The notes beneath the pieces were generated by a model. That model saw nothing but the letters and a program-made list of their open reading frames with translations. It was not told the DNA's origin and did no database searches. From Ascidiella aspersa (taxonomy: Eukaryota), in NCBI GenBank assembly GCA_963924565.1, contig OZ004613.1, forward strand, positions 6,696,001-6,760,000: DNA of 64,000 nucleotides, given 5' to 3'. Below, in pieces: positions 24,125 to 36,560 of this stretch. The first letter of the stretch is position 1; every line of letters begins with the position of its first letter. The translations under genes and the position numbers were made by a program.

Positions 24125-24848
24125 CAGGGGTCGGCAACCTTTTTGTAGTCGCTAGCAAACCAACCTCAGAAAGGTCTCTTCGGGCCGCACAAAATGTTAA
24201 CTAAGAATTAGGTTATTAAAATGTTAAAACTACCGTGAATCAGGCGAACCTCGGATCTTTTGCGCCTAAAAACGTGTTTAACTACATTTAAGGAGGCAGT
24301 AATAAAGCATTGGCGCAAAGCGCGAAAAAAATGCGTTTGTTGGGTTTAAAATCCGAGTCCACACATCGTCATCCATACTACTAATGAAAAGTGTAATAAA
24401 ACTACTTTGGGGAAACGAAATAACATTAGTTAATCTAGTTGAGTGTTTGGCAACCTTTTAAAGTCCGGGCACACCGGTCTAGAGTAGAGAGCACGATTTT
24501 ATTTTGATATAACGCTATTTCTTGCAAGTTTTCATTAGCCTACATTGCCGACAATAAAAAATAAAAAAAATGCTAAAAAATAAATGTCCAATATTTGTGA
24601 ATACGTTTTCCGTTTGTCCGCGACGCACTTGGCAGCCTTCCACGGCACAACGGTAAAGAAGCGCTGATCTATATTTCAAAAGACAACGTCAAAACGTAAA
24701 CAAACCGAATGGAGAAGGATCATTCGAAGCGCGAACATTTTTAGTATTTGAAATGGAATCGTGCCTAGTTTGTCAAAGAGGTGGCGGGCCGGACGAATTT
24801 CATCGGCGGGCCGGATCCGGCCCGCGGGCCGTAGGTTGCCGACGCCTG
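24125..24848. mobile_element. Non-autonomous hAT (Buster-type) element, 724 bp
   Basis: TIR caggggtcggcaacct / aggttgccgacgcctg (15/16); perfect TSD attTAgaa; gcgggcc subterminal repeats. Confidence 0.92.
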
Positions 24849-25124
24849 ATTTAGAATCTAGATAAAAAACATTAGAGATTTCGCTAATTCTTTGTCCCGT
24901 TTGAAAAGGTAGGATGGATACATCCGTGCCAAACACAACGGTAACACAGGGTATATCGGGTAACACAGCAACTTGTGTAATGCCTGAATGGTTTGGTCTT
25001 TGTCACTATATGACTTTCTCGCTTGCCTGCCGTTCTGGAATTGTACGGCAAGTCGAGGTGTAAAGCAATTCAGTCATTTCGTCAGTTAGAATTTTGTGAA
25101 AAGGCTTCTCGTTTTAAACTGAAA

Positions 25125-25778
25125 ATGTCGCAAGTTGGCAGGTTACTCGGTAAAGTGGCGATTGTTACTGGAGCCGCAGGGGGCATCGGGGAAGCTATTT
25201 GCGAACGCTTTCTGGCCGAAGGTGCTAAAGTTATGATGGTGGGTCGGAATTTAGAAAACCTGCAATCTGTCTACGAAAAACTTAATGTCATATATAAGGA
25301 AAACGTCGCAATGGTTCAAGGCGATGTAACTCAGGAGAAATCCGCGTCTGAGTCTTTTTCAATCACACTTTCTAAGTTCGGTCAAAATTGTAACGTTTTG
25401 GTAAACTGCGCTGGTGTTGCGCCTTTGTCTCCAGGCGCAAGTATCGTGAATGTGTCCAGTTTAGCTGGGCAGGTCGGAGTGGAAGATCATGCCAGCTACG
25501 CTGCTTCTAAAGCCGGCTTGAATGCTTTCACAAAGACAACTTGCATTGAAGTAGGAAAGTTCGGTGTCAGGTGCAATGCTGTCACGCCAGGTGTAATTGA
25601 TACTCTGATCCAAAACAATTTTGACCCGGTGAAGCTTGAAGCCTTCAAGCAAATGATTCCAATGGGTCGCTTTGGAAAGCAAGTAGAAGTTGCTAATGCT
25701 TGTTTGTTCCTTGCAAGCGATGAAAGCTCTTACATTAATGGAGCGACGCTCCAAATATCTGGTGGTTTATTTGCATAA
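25125..25778 (+). CDS. SDR-10, inverted twin of SDR-9 with an in-frame 120-nt deletion (217 aa; probably catalytically impaired or a pseudogene)
   Basis: ATG at 25125; the junction cca|ggc at 25433/25434 removes IVQTSLAS...KNKDAT (40 aa). The 3' flank 25779-26070 is the reverse complement of ~21505-21825. Confidence 0.7.
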   Translation: MSQVGRLLGKVAIVTGAAGGIGEAICERFLAEGAKVMMVGRNLENLQSVYEKLNVIYKENVAMVQGDVTQEKSASESFSITLSKFGQNCNVLVNCAGVAPLSPGASIVNVSSLAGQVGVEDHASYAASKAGLNAFTKTTCIEVGKFGVRCNAVTPGVIDTLIQNNFDPVKLEAFKQMIPMGRFGKQVEVANACLFLASDESSYINGATLQISGGLFA

Positions 25779-26479
25779 AATATTCCCAGGTGAAATAATT
25801 TTTCACGGTTGGTTTTCTTCAATGATGTCGATAATCCACATTTATAATATCTCAACATGTTTGTAATGAGTTGGTTTACACCAGTAAAGGCGTTGCGTCA
25901 GCAAGATAAACAGTCGCGAGCTTGTATCATTAAAATGGTTAAATGTTGTGTATAATTATGTGTTTTCGAGCTTTGTTATTGTCAAATATGTTTTTAACTT
26001 CTCCGATTTTTGTTCAAAGTTTTGTGTCATTGTGCATTCTTAGTCATATTTTACTGGAAAACATATCTTTTGTATCGTAATCCAACAAGCATTACTTGTA
26101 GATAAAAAAAATTACCATGTATAACTTTATTTGAGTATTAACCATGCAACTAAATTCATTAATAAATGCCCTTTATTGTGTAAACCATAACATAAAGCGT
26201 ATGTTTCTATGTAACAGGACACGCTACCCGTGCTTTATTAGTATTTTCCTTATTAATGACATTCCTTGTAGTAAAAGCCGTAGACCAGATTTGGAAAACT
26301 GGATTTCTTTTAGCGTTTTCAATAAGATTAGAATTAAAATTAGAGCATTTCAATTTTCCAAATTAGATTAGAATTAGAATTAGATCATTTTGAGTTTATA
26401 ATTATAGAACTACTAAATTGTTAAAAAAACGAATTTTAACTAAAATATGAACTGGAATTACATTTGATTGTTCACAACC

Positions 26480-26645
26480 AATTTAATTTGAGATTCTTCA
26501 TTTTTCGGCCCGTCAGCCGACTTCGACCCACCATCATGACTTTGGCACCTTCGGCCAGAAAGCGTTCGCAAATAGCTTCCCCGATGCCCCCTGCGGCTCC
26601 AGTGACAATGGCCACTTTACCCTGTAACCGACCAAATTGTTCCAT
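26480..26645 (-). pseudogene. SDR 5' fragment (SDR-11f), Gly-Arg type
   Basis: [41 protein letters not shown], then decays. Its upstream region (26646-27330) is an inverted homolog of the SDR-14/15/16 promoter. Confidence 0.88.
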
Positions 26646-27105
26646 TTTGCACTAATAAACAAAAGGTGCAGCCTAAAAAATAAAATATAATTAAGGCGAC
26701 AACCGTTATCTTGTCAATCTCCTTGTGCTGATTTCCTTACACGAGTTCTTATCGCTGACTTACAACTGATCCTAACAAAGTTTTGTCACTTCAATTGTTC
26801 TGTCATTTTAAGATCTTATTTTCTTGAGTTGCATAAATGTTTGTGGCCGCCTTTCTTTTGAAATCTGGGCGTATGGCAAAATCAATTGCACACTGCGTCA
26901 TTGTGTAATTAAATATTTGACGTTGAACGAAAACGTTTTGATGTTTAATGAGATCGTGCATGACTTAAATAGAAAAAATGCAAAGAGTGGAAATTTAGTC
27001 ACGAATTTATCGGGTTCAAACGCCATTCGCTGCCTTGCCTTAACATATATCGCAAAATTTGACGAACGCTTGTATTACCCCTCTTTCACAATAATTAGGT
27101 ACATG

Positions 27106-27292
27106 CCAGTGTTTTTTTAAGGTGCTTTGCGGGACCGAAACGGTCCCCCAAATTTTTCCAGCGGTTTCCCAAAATGCCTATAAATAATTCGTTTGAGCAA
27201 ATGTGCATATTTTTTGGTATTTGAATGAAACACTTGCGGTCTCTTAAGACTATTTAGCGGTCACCCAAACCAAACCTTAAAAAAAACCCTGG
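27106..27292. mobile_element. Small TIR MITE
   Basis: TIR ccagtgtttttttaagg / ccttaaaaaaaaccctgg; flanking ggtacat duplication; empty sites in paralogous promoters (~35325, ~41170, ~45810). Confidence 0.75.
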
Positions 27293-28145
27293 GTACATCG
27301 GTACTTGACAAAACCTTTAATATGGACTTTTTTTTAAATCTTTAGGTTTTGTGGTTTATTGTGGTTTAGGTTTTTCTCTTAACAAATGTTTTTCTCATAA
27401 CGAATATGTCGCACTGCAGGTGCTGTGATTGGGTTGTGGTTATTGGTAGCGTCGACTATAAAAGCTTATATACGGACGTTCAATCTTTTTTTTTAATTCC
27501 ACAAAAAACTATCGCAAGCACCAGATAATATATGACGGACATCCGTGGCAAAATATTTTTTTATTACTGCCAATCTGCATTTACGTTACAAAAGAAGCAG
27601 GTTGGTCAAAGTTTAGCTATCTTCAAGAAAGCTTTATCTCGCAGTACGAGTTAATTCTTATTAACCAAAATAGACGATAATAGCAAAGTCATATCAAGCG
27701 AATAAGTGTACACAAACACTTCGTGGCTTTGTGATTTTTTTTTGCATGTTTTATGGTTGACAAGTTGATGTTGCGGGCAACATTAAAGTGGCAAGCTGAC
27801 CGCATTTTCCCAAGTTTGGCCAAACAAGCTTAATGTTAACACCATTTTATGATAAGGTACACTTGAGGCAAGACATATGTAAACAGAGGGATAAAGAGTA
27901 GATATGTTGAATATGTATCAGTGAGTAGGTGAAAGAAAAACAGGGAGAAAGAGGGCTCAAGAGAAAGGTGCTGGTTGGTTATTAACAGATCATCGCGGCT
28001 TTTAAAGAACTTTGGACGTTGCTTTACTTTGCGGTATCAACCTCAATTTATCAGTTGATACGGTTTTGGAAATGCAGACATGTGCTCAAGATCAATTCAA
28101 ATTTTGAATTGCTAAGGTTTATATTGTTTTGCTTTTCAGATTAGA

Positions 28146-28427
28146 ATGTCGCAAGTTGGTAGGTTAAACGGTAAAGTGGCCATTGTCACTGGAGCCGCAG
28201 GGGGCATCGGGGAAGCTATTTGCGAACGCTTTCTGGCCGAAGGTGCCAAAGTAATGATGGTGGACTGGAATCTTGAAAAACTTAATAACACTTACAAAAA
28301 ACTGTTTGCCAAATATCAGAGCAAAATAGCAATGTTTCAATGCGATGTGTCGGATGAGAATGCAGCGAATGAAGCGCTTTCAAAAACGCACTCTCAGTTT
28401 GGAGAACACTGCAATGTTCTAGTAAAT
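28146..28427 (+). pseudogene. SDR 5' half (SDR-12f) interrupted by a hAT transposon, Asp40 type
   Basis: 94 clean codons up to NVLVN, then the TIR cagggttgtccaaact begins at 28428; the 3' half is not found. Confidence 0.9.
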
Positions 28428-28776
28428 CAGGGTTGTCCAAACTTTATGGGACGCGGGACGCATTCGGCAAGGAAATTAGATCGCGGGCCGCAGTTGACAT
28501 TTTTCCTCTTATACACTGTCTCACCGTACCAGATGTAAAGTAAAACACGTACATGTGTAAATGAATCTTCATATTTATCATAAAAACATATTGGGGAATA
28601 GATTAAAGAAGCTAAGATGTGAATACTACGAATAAGAGAGTTTTGGAAATTTTGAACAACGTCAGTAGACCAGGAAACCTTAAAAATAACTGACAAGTAT
28701 GAATAAGAATAAACCATAAATTTATTCGTAAAAAATATTCAAGGAAGTACGTAAAACGGTACAGTTTACTTAAAAT

Positions 28777-30574
28777 TCAGTGAGATGGGTGTGCCTGTAT
28801 TTTGGAAGCCAGCTCCTTTGTGTCAATGTCAACTGAGGTTACGGCTAAACGAAGGCAGGCTTCGAGAGATGTTTGTTTAAGTAGATTCCTCTCTTTGGAT
28901 TTAATCGACTTCATTGCAGAAAATGCTGCTTCACAAAGGTAGGCACTGCCAAACATTGACAGCAAGTGCAATCCAAAACGGCGTAAATTAGGATAATGCT
29001 CTTCAGAAAGAAGAGGCCAAAATTTAGTGATTGGCAGTGTAGCTTTGCTTAATAAAAACTGGTCACTTTGCAAGTCACACAATTCAAGCTGCAAATCGTC
29101 ATCGGCTTCTGATATAGTTATAGTCAGCGGAGCATTGAATACATTGAAGTTTTTCTCAAGGTGCCGGAAATCTTGAAATCGCTTGTTGAAGTCTTCAATC
29201 AGGGTATCAAGAGTTTCAACAAAGCAGCAGAAGTTATTGTCCTCTATTTCTTTAGAAATAACGTCACAACTTGGAAAGTGAATCAGAATGTTACTTTGCA
29301 GATTACTTTTGAAGAGACATAATTTTTTGCGGAAGCCATCTATGAAACCATACAGAGAAGCAATTGTTTGATTCCTACCCTGTAAACTTAAATTGAGCTT
29401 ATTCAGATGCTGAGTAATATCCGTGAAAAATGCTAGACCTTTCAGAAAGTTGACGTCTTGCAATAAACCTTTAAACCCATCAGTGTCTGCATTCAGTTCT
29501 TCTAAAAAGTTTAGAATCTCATTACGCAGACTGAAGAACTGCTGCAAACATTTCCCAGCACTAAGCCAACGAACAGTAGAATGGAGTGAAACGTCAGAAA
29601 ATTCTGTATCCAAATCTTTCAAGAAATCAACAAATAGACGATGTCTCAGCGCTTTATTACCGCCTCTAATGAAATTAATAATTTCATTACATGCTGCATC
29701 ACATCAGATAAACGTATACAGCGACTAGATAACGATTCTTGATGAATAATGCAATGAAGCATTGGGCAGTCGACTCCAGCATCTCTCAAGTACCCTATAA
29801 CCCCTCTTTTAGCTCCAGTCATTGATTTGGCCCCATCTGTAACGATGCAAGAGCATTTCTGAAATCCACCATACTTGCTCACTGAAGAATTCAGCGCTTC
29901 ATAAATATCAGATCCTTTCGTAGTGGTAAAAAGTGGGAGTAAGCCGAGTAACTCCTCACTGACATTAAACTGTGAGTCAATACTTTTAATAAAGACAAGC
30001 AACTGGCTGACATCCCTTATATCTGTGCTTTCATAAAGAGCGAGAGAAAAATAAACACACTGCTGAATTTGATTCATGACCTTCTCCTGAACGAAATTGC
30101 TAAGCTCTTCAACACGTCTAGCAACAGTTTGATGCGAGAGTGGAATTTTTTCAAACCCACGAGCTGCATCGTTAAAGCCCATGGCCTTTCCCATAGCTAT
30201 TGCACATCGCTTAATGAGATCACCGTCAGAGAATGCCTTTTTGGATTTAGCCATCAAAAGTGATACATCATAAGAAGCAATGGTTGTAGAAGACGAAGGC
30301 TTCACTAATTGAAACATGTTTTCTTGACGCTTACGCAGGTTTGATTTGAGATCATTGAGTAGGGCTCGCCGCGCCTCACCAGTGTATTTATCATAGCCAG
30401 TGACATGAAGAGTGCTGTAGTGTCGTTGTACATATTGTACTCTTTCATAACAGATATCATTTCATTACAAATTAAACATAAAACTCGACCACTTTGTTCT
30501 TTCACCAGGAATCTCAATTCCCAACTATCCTTGAATTTACGTTTTTCATCACAGATTTTTCTTTTCTGAGCCAT
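28777..30574 (-). pseudogene. hAT transposase pseudogene (GTF2IRD2/EPM2AIP1/ZBED5-like)
   Basis: MAQKRK.. start at 30574; BED-like CLIC..RHY..H, TDGA, HCIIHQE, VRWLS and YLCEAAFS motifs. Frameshifts at ~30432 (+2) and ~29682 (-1); the first catalytic Asp is mutated (LDES>LYES). Confidence 0.92.
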
Positions 30575-30900
30575 CGTAAAAAATGTGGCACTAAGTCTGA
30601 AAAGAAAGAATAAAACAGAATGTAATGGAGGATTAAGTAAAACTGAAATTATAAAGAATATTCTCAGCATAAAGCACACAGCCAATATTGCAGAAAACAT
30701 TTTATTTACAAATGCCTGACGTTTCGAGATAAACTTTTCTCATTTTCAAAGGCTACATTGTACCGGTTAGGGTTAGGCTAAACTTGTGACGTCATATCAG
30801 AAAAATTTGTACCACTGTACTCTAAATAATTTCGTTGAACTGTGTATTTAGTGTTTCAAAGACTTGTTTTTAGTTTTGCGTTTTCCTAAAGCCTTTACAC

Positions 30901-31346
30901 CAGTGGTCGCCAAACTGCGGGCCGCGGCCTAAATATCGGCCGCAGAGCCATTTTCAGTGGACCGCGATCTACTTTTGAATAGTTTAGTGTTATCATGTAG
31001 TTGTGGGCCGCGTGATAGCGTTACTTTCTTTGCACTTTATTTAAAAAAAAAATTTGGCTTAGAATTTTTATATTTTCTCAGCATGGTTCAGACCCACGTG
31101 CCAATTGTGGTACTGAGAGTGCCTGTCAAACTATATATATCTTTTTTGTATATTCTTTGTTTCATAATATGTTTTACTTTGTGGCATGGCTGTGTTTTAG
31201 GCATCGAGGCGCCGTGTAATACTTCGCCTTAAAACTCAAAAATATCCTAAATTCGCCACTTTTTTCGTAGTGGTTTTACGTAGTGGGCCTTCAATAGCTC
31301 TGAAAAGAGTACTTTAGCCGCAACAAAAAAAGTTCACCGAAGACCT
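30901..31346. mobile_element. hAT MITE nested in the 5' region of the large hAT
   Basis: Left TIR cagtggtcgccaaact; perfect TSD cttTAcac (30893-30900, 31347-31354); right TIR degenerate. Confidence 0.75.
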
Positions 31347-31850
31347 CTTTACACAAACGGTTGGACGAATTGTAATAGAAAGATGACAATTCGTAAAAAT
31401 GTTAACATAATATAGGGTTCCCTTTAAGGCGCGGCCCGCCAATGTAAATCACCAGGCCGCAACCTCTTCTATAGCATGAGGCCATTCTTCATATGTTTTG
31501 GCTATTTTAACTACGTAAACGTAAATATTTGCCAAATCCCACTTGTGCATATGCGGCACAGACCTTTTGCGCAGTACAATAGCTGAATCAGCGTTACAAC
31601 ATACCTATACTCACTAAAACAAATATTTGCTCTGTACAACTCAGACGGAACACCGTTAAGCAAGGCGTAAATAAATATCAAAGTCAATACAGAAGTATAG
31701 CTAACATTTGCTAAAAGTTTCGATTACAATTTCATTCAACATTTTCATCAATGCATCCAACTTCAGTATGGGATTTGATATTCTTATTACGTTAGACTAC
31801 AACCTCTAACCATAACATTGGTACAACGTTCTACTTTTGTTTAAAGATAT

Positions 31851-31920
31851 TGTAGGGGTGCCGTAATCTATTTATTATTTCTGAGGGGTGCCGCAAGCCA
31901 TAAAAGGTTGGGAACCACTG
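31851..31920. mobile_element. Right-end fragment of the 14667-type MITE
   Basis: Matches 14902-14971 and ends aggttgggaaccactg; left end absent. Confidence 0.65.
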
Positions 31921-32326
31921 TTGTAAACAAAGACAAGTAGAGCGATTTCTATCTATTGACATGTTACCTTGTGGACCTAACTCTATTCCAAAATGAAGTT
32001 GAGATAGGTGGGCAATGTATCTGATTGATTAATTATTAACAGAGCAACGCCACCTTGTAAAATATTCCGACAACGTCACACTTCCAGTTTTTCAGCATGG
32101 TCTTAAGGGACACCAGCAAATATTGCGCTCCTGACTGCAAAAAACTACCTCGGCAAGCACTTTTCGCTTGGTTAAGGATAGGTACGAAAACAGTTTATGG
32201 AAGATCATTAGCAACTTAAGTCATTTCGTCTGTAAAGCTTTTAAAGCAAAGCGCGTTTAAGTTCAGGTTTAGAATGATCATTTGTTCAACTTTTGCAGTG
32301 ATACGCTTTTGTTTTGCAGTTTTATA

Positions 32327-33100
32327 ATGGCGCAAGTTGGTAGGTTAAACGGTAAAGTGACCGTTGTCACTGGAGCCGCAGGGGGCATCGGGGAAGCTAT
32401 TTGCGAACGCTTTCTGGCCGAAGGTGCCAACGTAATGATGGTGGATTGCCATTTGGAAAATCTCAAAGTTGTTCATGGAAAATTGAATGCCAGTTATGAA
32501 GGTAAAGTGGCGATGATTCGATGCGACGTAACGGAAGAGAATTCGGCTTGTGAGGCGTTCACGGCTGCAAACGAGCAGTTCAAGCAGAATTGTAACGTTT
32601 TGGTTAACTGCGCTGGTATTCCGGGCATGTCTCCAATTGTCGAAGCAAGCCTGGCTTTCTTCAATAAGGTATTAAGCGTCAACCTTAAGGGCGCCTTCAC
32701 TTTCACGAGAGAGTTCTTACGGCGACTTGAGCTTGGAGAGAAGAAGGATACGACAGGTGCCAGTATAGTTAACATCGCCAGCATTGCAGCCAATACAGGA
32801 TTTGAAAATTTATCTGCCTACGGTGCTTCTAAAGCTGGACTGGTCGCTTTCACAAAGACGACGTGCATTGAGGTGGGAAAATACGGTGTCAGGTGCAATG
32901 CGCTAACGCCAGGTGCAATTGACACAGCTTTCATAAGCGATACCCAAAAGGAACAGTTTGAGACGTTAAAGGCGATGATTCCAATGAGGCGCCTTGGAAA
33001 GCCGATTGAAGTTGCTAATGCTTGTTTGTTCCTGGCAAGCGATGAAAGCTCTTACATTAATGGGGCAACACTTCAAGTATCTGGTGGTTCTATGGCGTGA
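32327..33100 (+). CDS. HSD17B8-like: Classical SDR, HSD17B8/FabG-like (SDR-13), 257 aa, NAD-type (Asp40)
   Basis: Intact, YGASK; gttttgcag|ttttataATG. Confidence 0.92.
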   Translation: MAQVGRLNGKVTVVTGAAGGIGEAICERFLAEGANVMMVDCHLENLKVVHGKLNASYEGKVAMIRCDVTEENSACEAFTAANEQFKQNCNVLVNCAGIPGMSPIVEASLAFFNKVLSVNLKGAFTFTREFLRRLELGEKKDTTGASIVNIASIAANTGFENLSAYGASKAGLVAFTKTTCIEVGKYGVRCNALTPGAIDTAFISDTQKEQFETLKAMIPMRRLGKPIEVANACLFLASDESSYINGATLQVSGGSMA

Positions 33101-33513
33101 ATCATTTAACGAATAAAGCTCCACAGACTGGATTGCTATATTTTAGGTTGCGTTATTATTGTTACAAAGCTAATAATTTGACTTGTCGTTAAAATGAATA
33201 AACAGCGTCAGAATAGCGACATATTTCAATGGAATAAATGCCGTGTTGTAAACAAGTTATTTTGAAATGGCTTAAGTCAAAGTCGGGATATTTGTAAAAT
33301 AACTAAAGTCCAAGTCAAGTCTGTTTGAATAAATACCAAGTCAAGTCCCAGTTAAGTCATAATTAGAGCAAATCCATCTCAAGTCAAGTCCTTTTCATAA
33401 AAATTAAACGTTAAACAATTACATTTGGTAAACTTTACCATTCATGGACAATAATTCAACAGAAACATAACAAAAACGCAAAATATATGACAATCCTTTT
33501 ACGTGCACATATT

Positions 33514-34703
33514 CAATTTAGTTATTTTTGCGTTATGCTTTTGAGACAACTGCATTTCTGTTCCAAATTTAAAATGGCGCAGGTTGATGATTACTAATAT
33601 TTTCATAAAAAAACTAAATTAAATTTGTTTTTTGACTAAGTAACTTTTCGGAGAGTTTGAACTGTGAAGTAGCCCACAGTTGAAACCCAGTAGACTCTAC
33701 ATGTAGTATAAGCCTTACAGGCTCTATGAGTCTACAGAAATCGACATGAAGTATAAATGTAAGATTCTCAAAATCTATATGTATAATACATTTTTTCAAA
33801 TAATAAATATTAGTCGAAAAATAATGCTTTGGTGCCTTCTTTTCAAAGATGTTTCGGATTCGTTGGTTGACCAATAGGCAACATTTGGTAAACATTTCGA
33901 ATAAAAATTCATTTTCAACATCTTTCTTCATTTTCAACATTTTGATCCATTTTCAACATTTTTATCAATGCAACCTACTTCAGCATGGGCTTAGATATTC
34001 TTACTACGTTAGACTACAACCTTTAGTTTTTAAGCATGTCCATTACACACACCAGTAAATATTGCGCTCTTGGGTACGAAAACGACCCCGACAAGCACTT
34101 TTCGCTTGGTTAAAGATCTGGAACGAAAAAGTTTAAGCAAGCCATTACCAACGTAAGTCAAGTCTGTAGAGCTTTGAAAGCACAGCGCATTTAACTTCAG
34201 GTTTAGAATGATCATTTTTCCAACTTTTGCAGTCTTATAGATTGTAAAATATCATTAGATATTATAAAAATAATAAGCAAAAAACGGTCGCAAAATGCCC
34301 TGTCCGCAGCAAAATGTTTTTTATCTTAAATTCCTATATGGTGTTACTCGTAAACAAGGCTAGTAGACGGCTCGGGATTCGGGAATTAATTACAGCTACC
34401 TAAGTCCACAGTCTAGAGTGGCTTACACAGTGGCAAGTATGTTCTACCAACCTATCGTGGTTGCATATGATAACCCTATACGTGTACATTCGTGTCTACC
34501 CGCTCTATTTTAATACCATTGTTAGAAAGAATATTGCGCTATGGAGAGTCAGGCTCGAGATTCGAATTTTTTTTAGCCGTATAGTTAAAGTTCTTCTGAA
34601 ATTGTGCTTTTACATATAAATAACGAACCGGGTGAAAAAATGACAGAAAAGGGGAAAAAGGCTCAAAATATGAAACTGAACCTATTTAAGGCGAGCCCAA
34701 AAG
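33514..34703 (+). repeat. 1.19-kb spacer unit, 1 copy
   Basis: Unit start caatttagttatttttg at 33514 recurs at 34704. Confidence 0.9.
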
Positions 34704-34857
34704 CAATTTAGTTATTTTTGAAATATGCTTTTGTTACAACTGCATTTCTGTTCCAAATTTAAAATGGCACAGGTTGATAATTACTAATATTTTCATAAAA
34801 AAAACTAAATTAAATTTGTTTTGGGACTAAGTAGTGACAGCCCAGCAGACTCTTCAT

Positions 34858-35010
34858 CAGGGTTAAGGAAAGTTGGCCACCAATACCTACGGCTTGCACA
34901 CTTTTTCTGTCCTGTCAGCCGATGTGGATATTTTGATTGATAGCTCATTTACCCCCTAAAACGAGAAAATTTACCCCTGGGGTAAATTTACCCCAGGTTA
35001 AGAAAGGCTG
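34858..35010. mobile_element. 153-bp hAT-type MITE (co-duplicated copies at 40690-40843 and 45347-45500)
   Basis: TSD ctcTAcat (one mismatch per copy); palindrome ggggtaaatttacccc; empty site in the 1.19-kb units; left TIR degenerate. Confidence 0.7.
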
Positions 35011-35786
35011 CTCTACATGCAGACTCTACGAGTTTACAAAATCTACATGAAGTATAAATGTAAGATTCTCAAAATCTATATGTATAAGACATTTTTTCAA
35101 ATAATCAATATTAATCTAAAAATAACGCGTTGGTGCCTTCTTTTTAAAGATGTTCTGATTCGCTGAATGTTACATATTTGCGCAACAAGTTCGACCGAAA
35201 TCGCAAAGTTTCTTAAATCTTATTAGTTTGTTGCGCAAAATGGTTACGTCATCTTTGAATATTTTAATTTCGCAGATATTTTAGGGTATTGCGACACATT
35301 AAAGGTTTTGTCAAGCATCGATGTACGTAATCATGGCAAAAGTAGGGTAATACAAGCGCTCGTTAAAATTTGCGACATATGTAATTGCAAGGCAGTGTAG
35401 CGGCGTTTGTTCCCCATAAATTCGTGGCTAAACTTTCACTCTTTGCGGTTGTTTTTTCTATTTATGTCACGTTCTCGTTCAACGCTCATATCATGCGCGA
35501 TCTCGTTCAATAACTAATTACACGATGACGCAGAGTGCAACTGACTGGTCACACGTTCAGATTTACAACGAAGGGCAGCCACAAACAGTTATGCAACTCA
35601 GAAAAAAAAGACTCTAAAATAACAGCACAATTGAAGTGACAAAACTTTGTTAGGATCAGTTGTCAGCGATAAGAATACATGTAAGGAAGTCAGCGCAAGG
35701 AGATTGATACAAAAAAATAAATAATACGGTTGTCGCCATAATTGCATATTATTTTTTAGGCTGCATCTGTGTTCAGTATTTTTAGT

Positions 35787-36560
35787 ATGGCACCATTAGG
35801 TAGATTACAAGGTAAAGTGGCGATTGTCACTGGAGCCGCAGGGGGCATCGGGGAAGCTATTTGCGAACGTTTTTTGGCCGAAGATGCCAAAGTCATGATG
35901 CTGGGTCGGAATGAAGAAAATCTCAAAAATGTTTACGAAAAGTTAGTTGCGAAGTACAAAGAAAATGTGGCCATGATTCAATGTGACGTAGCTGAAGAGA
36001 ATTCGGCTTGTGAGGCTTTTACTGCTGTAAGCAAGCAATTCGGAGGGAATTGTAACGTTTTGGTTAACTGCGCTGGTATTCCCGGCATGTCTCCAATCGT
36101 CGAAACAAGCCTGGATTCATTCAATAAGGTATTAAGCGTCAACCTTAAAGGCGCCTTCACTTTCACGAGAGAGTTCTTACGGCGACTTGAGCTTGCTGAG
36201 AACAAGGATTCAACAGGAGCAAGCATAGTTAACATCTCCAGCATTGCAGCCAATACAGGATTTGAAAATTTATCTGCCTACGGTGCTTCTAAAGCTGGAC
36301 TGGTCGCTTTCACAAAGACGACGTGCATTGAGGTGGGAAAATACGGTGTCAGGTGCAATGCGCTAACGCCAGGTGTAATTGACACAGCTTTCATAAGCGA
36401 TACCCAAAAGGAACAGTTTGAGACGTTAAAGGCGATGATTCCAATGAGGCGCATTGGAAAGCCGATTGAAGTTGCTAATGCTTGTTTGTTCCTGGCAAGC
36501 GATGAAAGCTCCTACATTAATGGGGCAACACTTCAAGTATCTGGTGGTTCTATGGCGTGA
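35787..36560 (+). CDS. HSD17B8-like: Classical SDR (SDR-14), 257 aa, hybrid of an SDR-16-like N-terminus and an SDR-13-like C-terminus, NADP-type
   Basis: Intact ORF from MAPLGR; see findings for the mosaic structure. Confidence 0.9.
   Translation: MAPLGRLQGKVAIVTGAAGGIGEAICERFLAEDAKVMMLGRNEENLKNVYEKLVAKYKENVAMIQCDVAEENSACEAFTAVSKQFGGNCNVLVNCAGIPGMSPIVETSLDSFNKVLSVNLKGAFTFTREFLRRLELAENKDSTGASIVNISSIAANTGFENLSAYGASKAGLVAFTKTTCIEVGKYGVRCNALTPGVIDTAFISDTQKEQFETLKAMIPMRRIGKPIEVANACLFLASDESSYINGATLQVSGGSMA

Larger units (their letters stand above)
28428..31460 (-). mobile_element. Decayed autonomous hAT transposon (Buster/Charlie/SPIN-like); the end at its 5' side is missing
   Basis: TIR at 28428 after target tagTAaat; transposase remnant; gcggcccgcc/caggccgca subterminal motifs near 31430-31460 without a TIR or second TSD. 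The right boundary is approximate. Confidence 0.85.

Noticed and set aside
19403-25124. N-terminal extensions given by the ORF track (19403, 22731, 25023; also 32282, 35769 and others)
   Set aside because: They start at TTG/GTG, are not conserved between paralogs and cross the acceptor-like site; the conserved MxQVGR/MAPLGR ATG is preferred.
25433-25434. The 120-nt gap in SDR-10 as a spliced-out intron or retrocopy signature
   Set aside because: The missing segment starts ATC and ends ACA, not GT-AG, and encodes core SDR structure.
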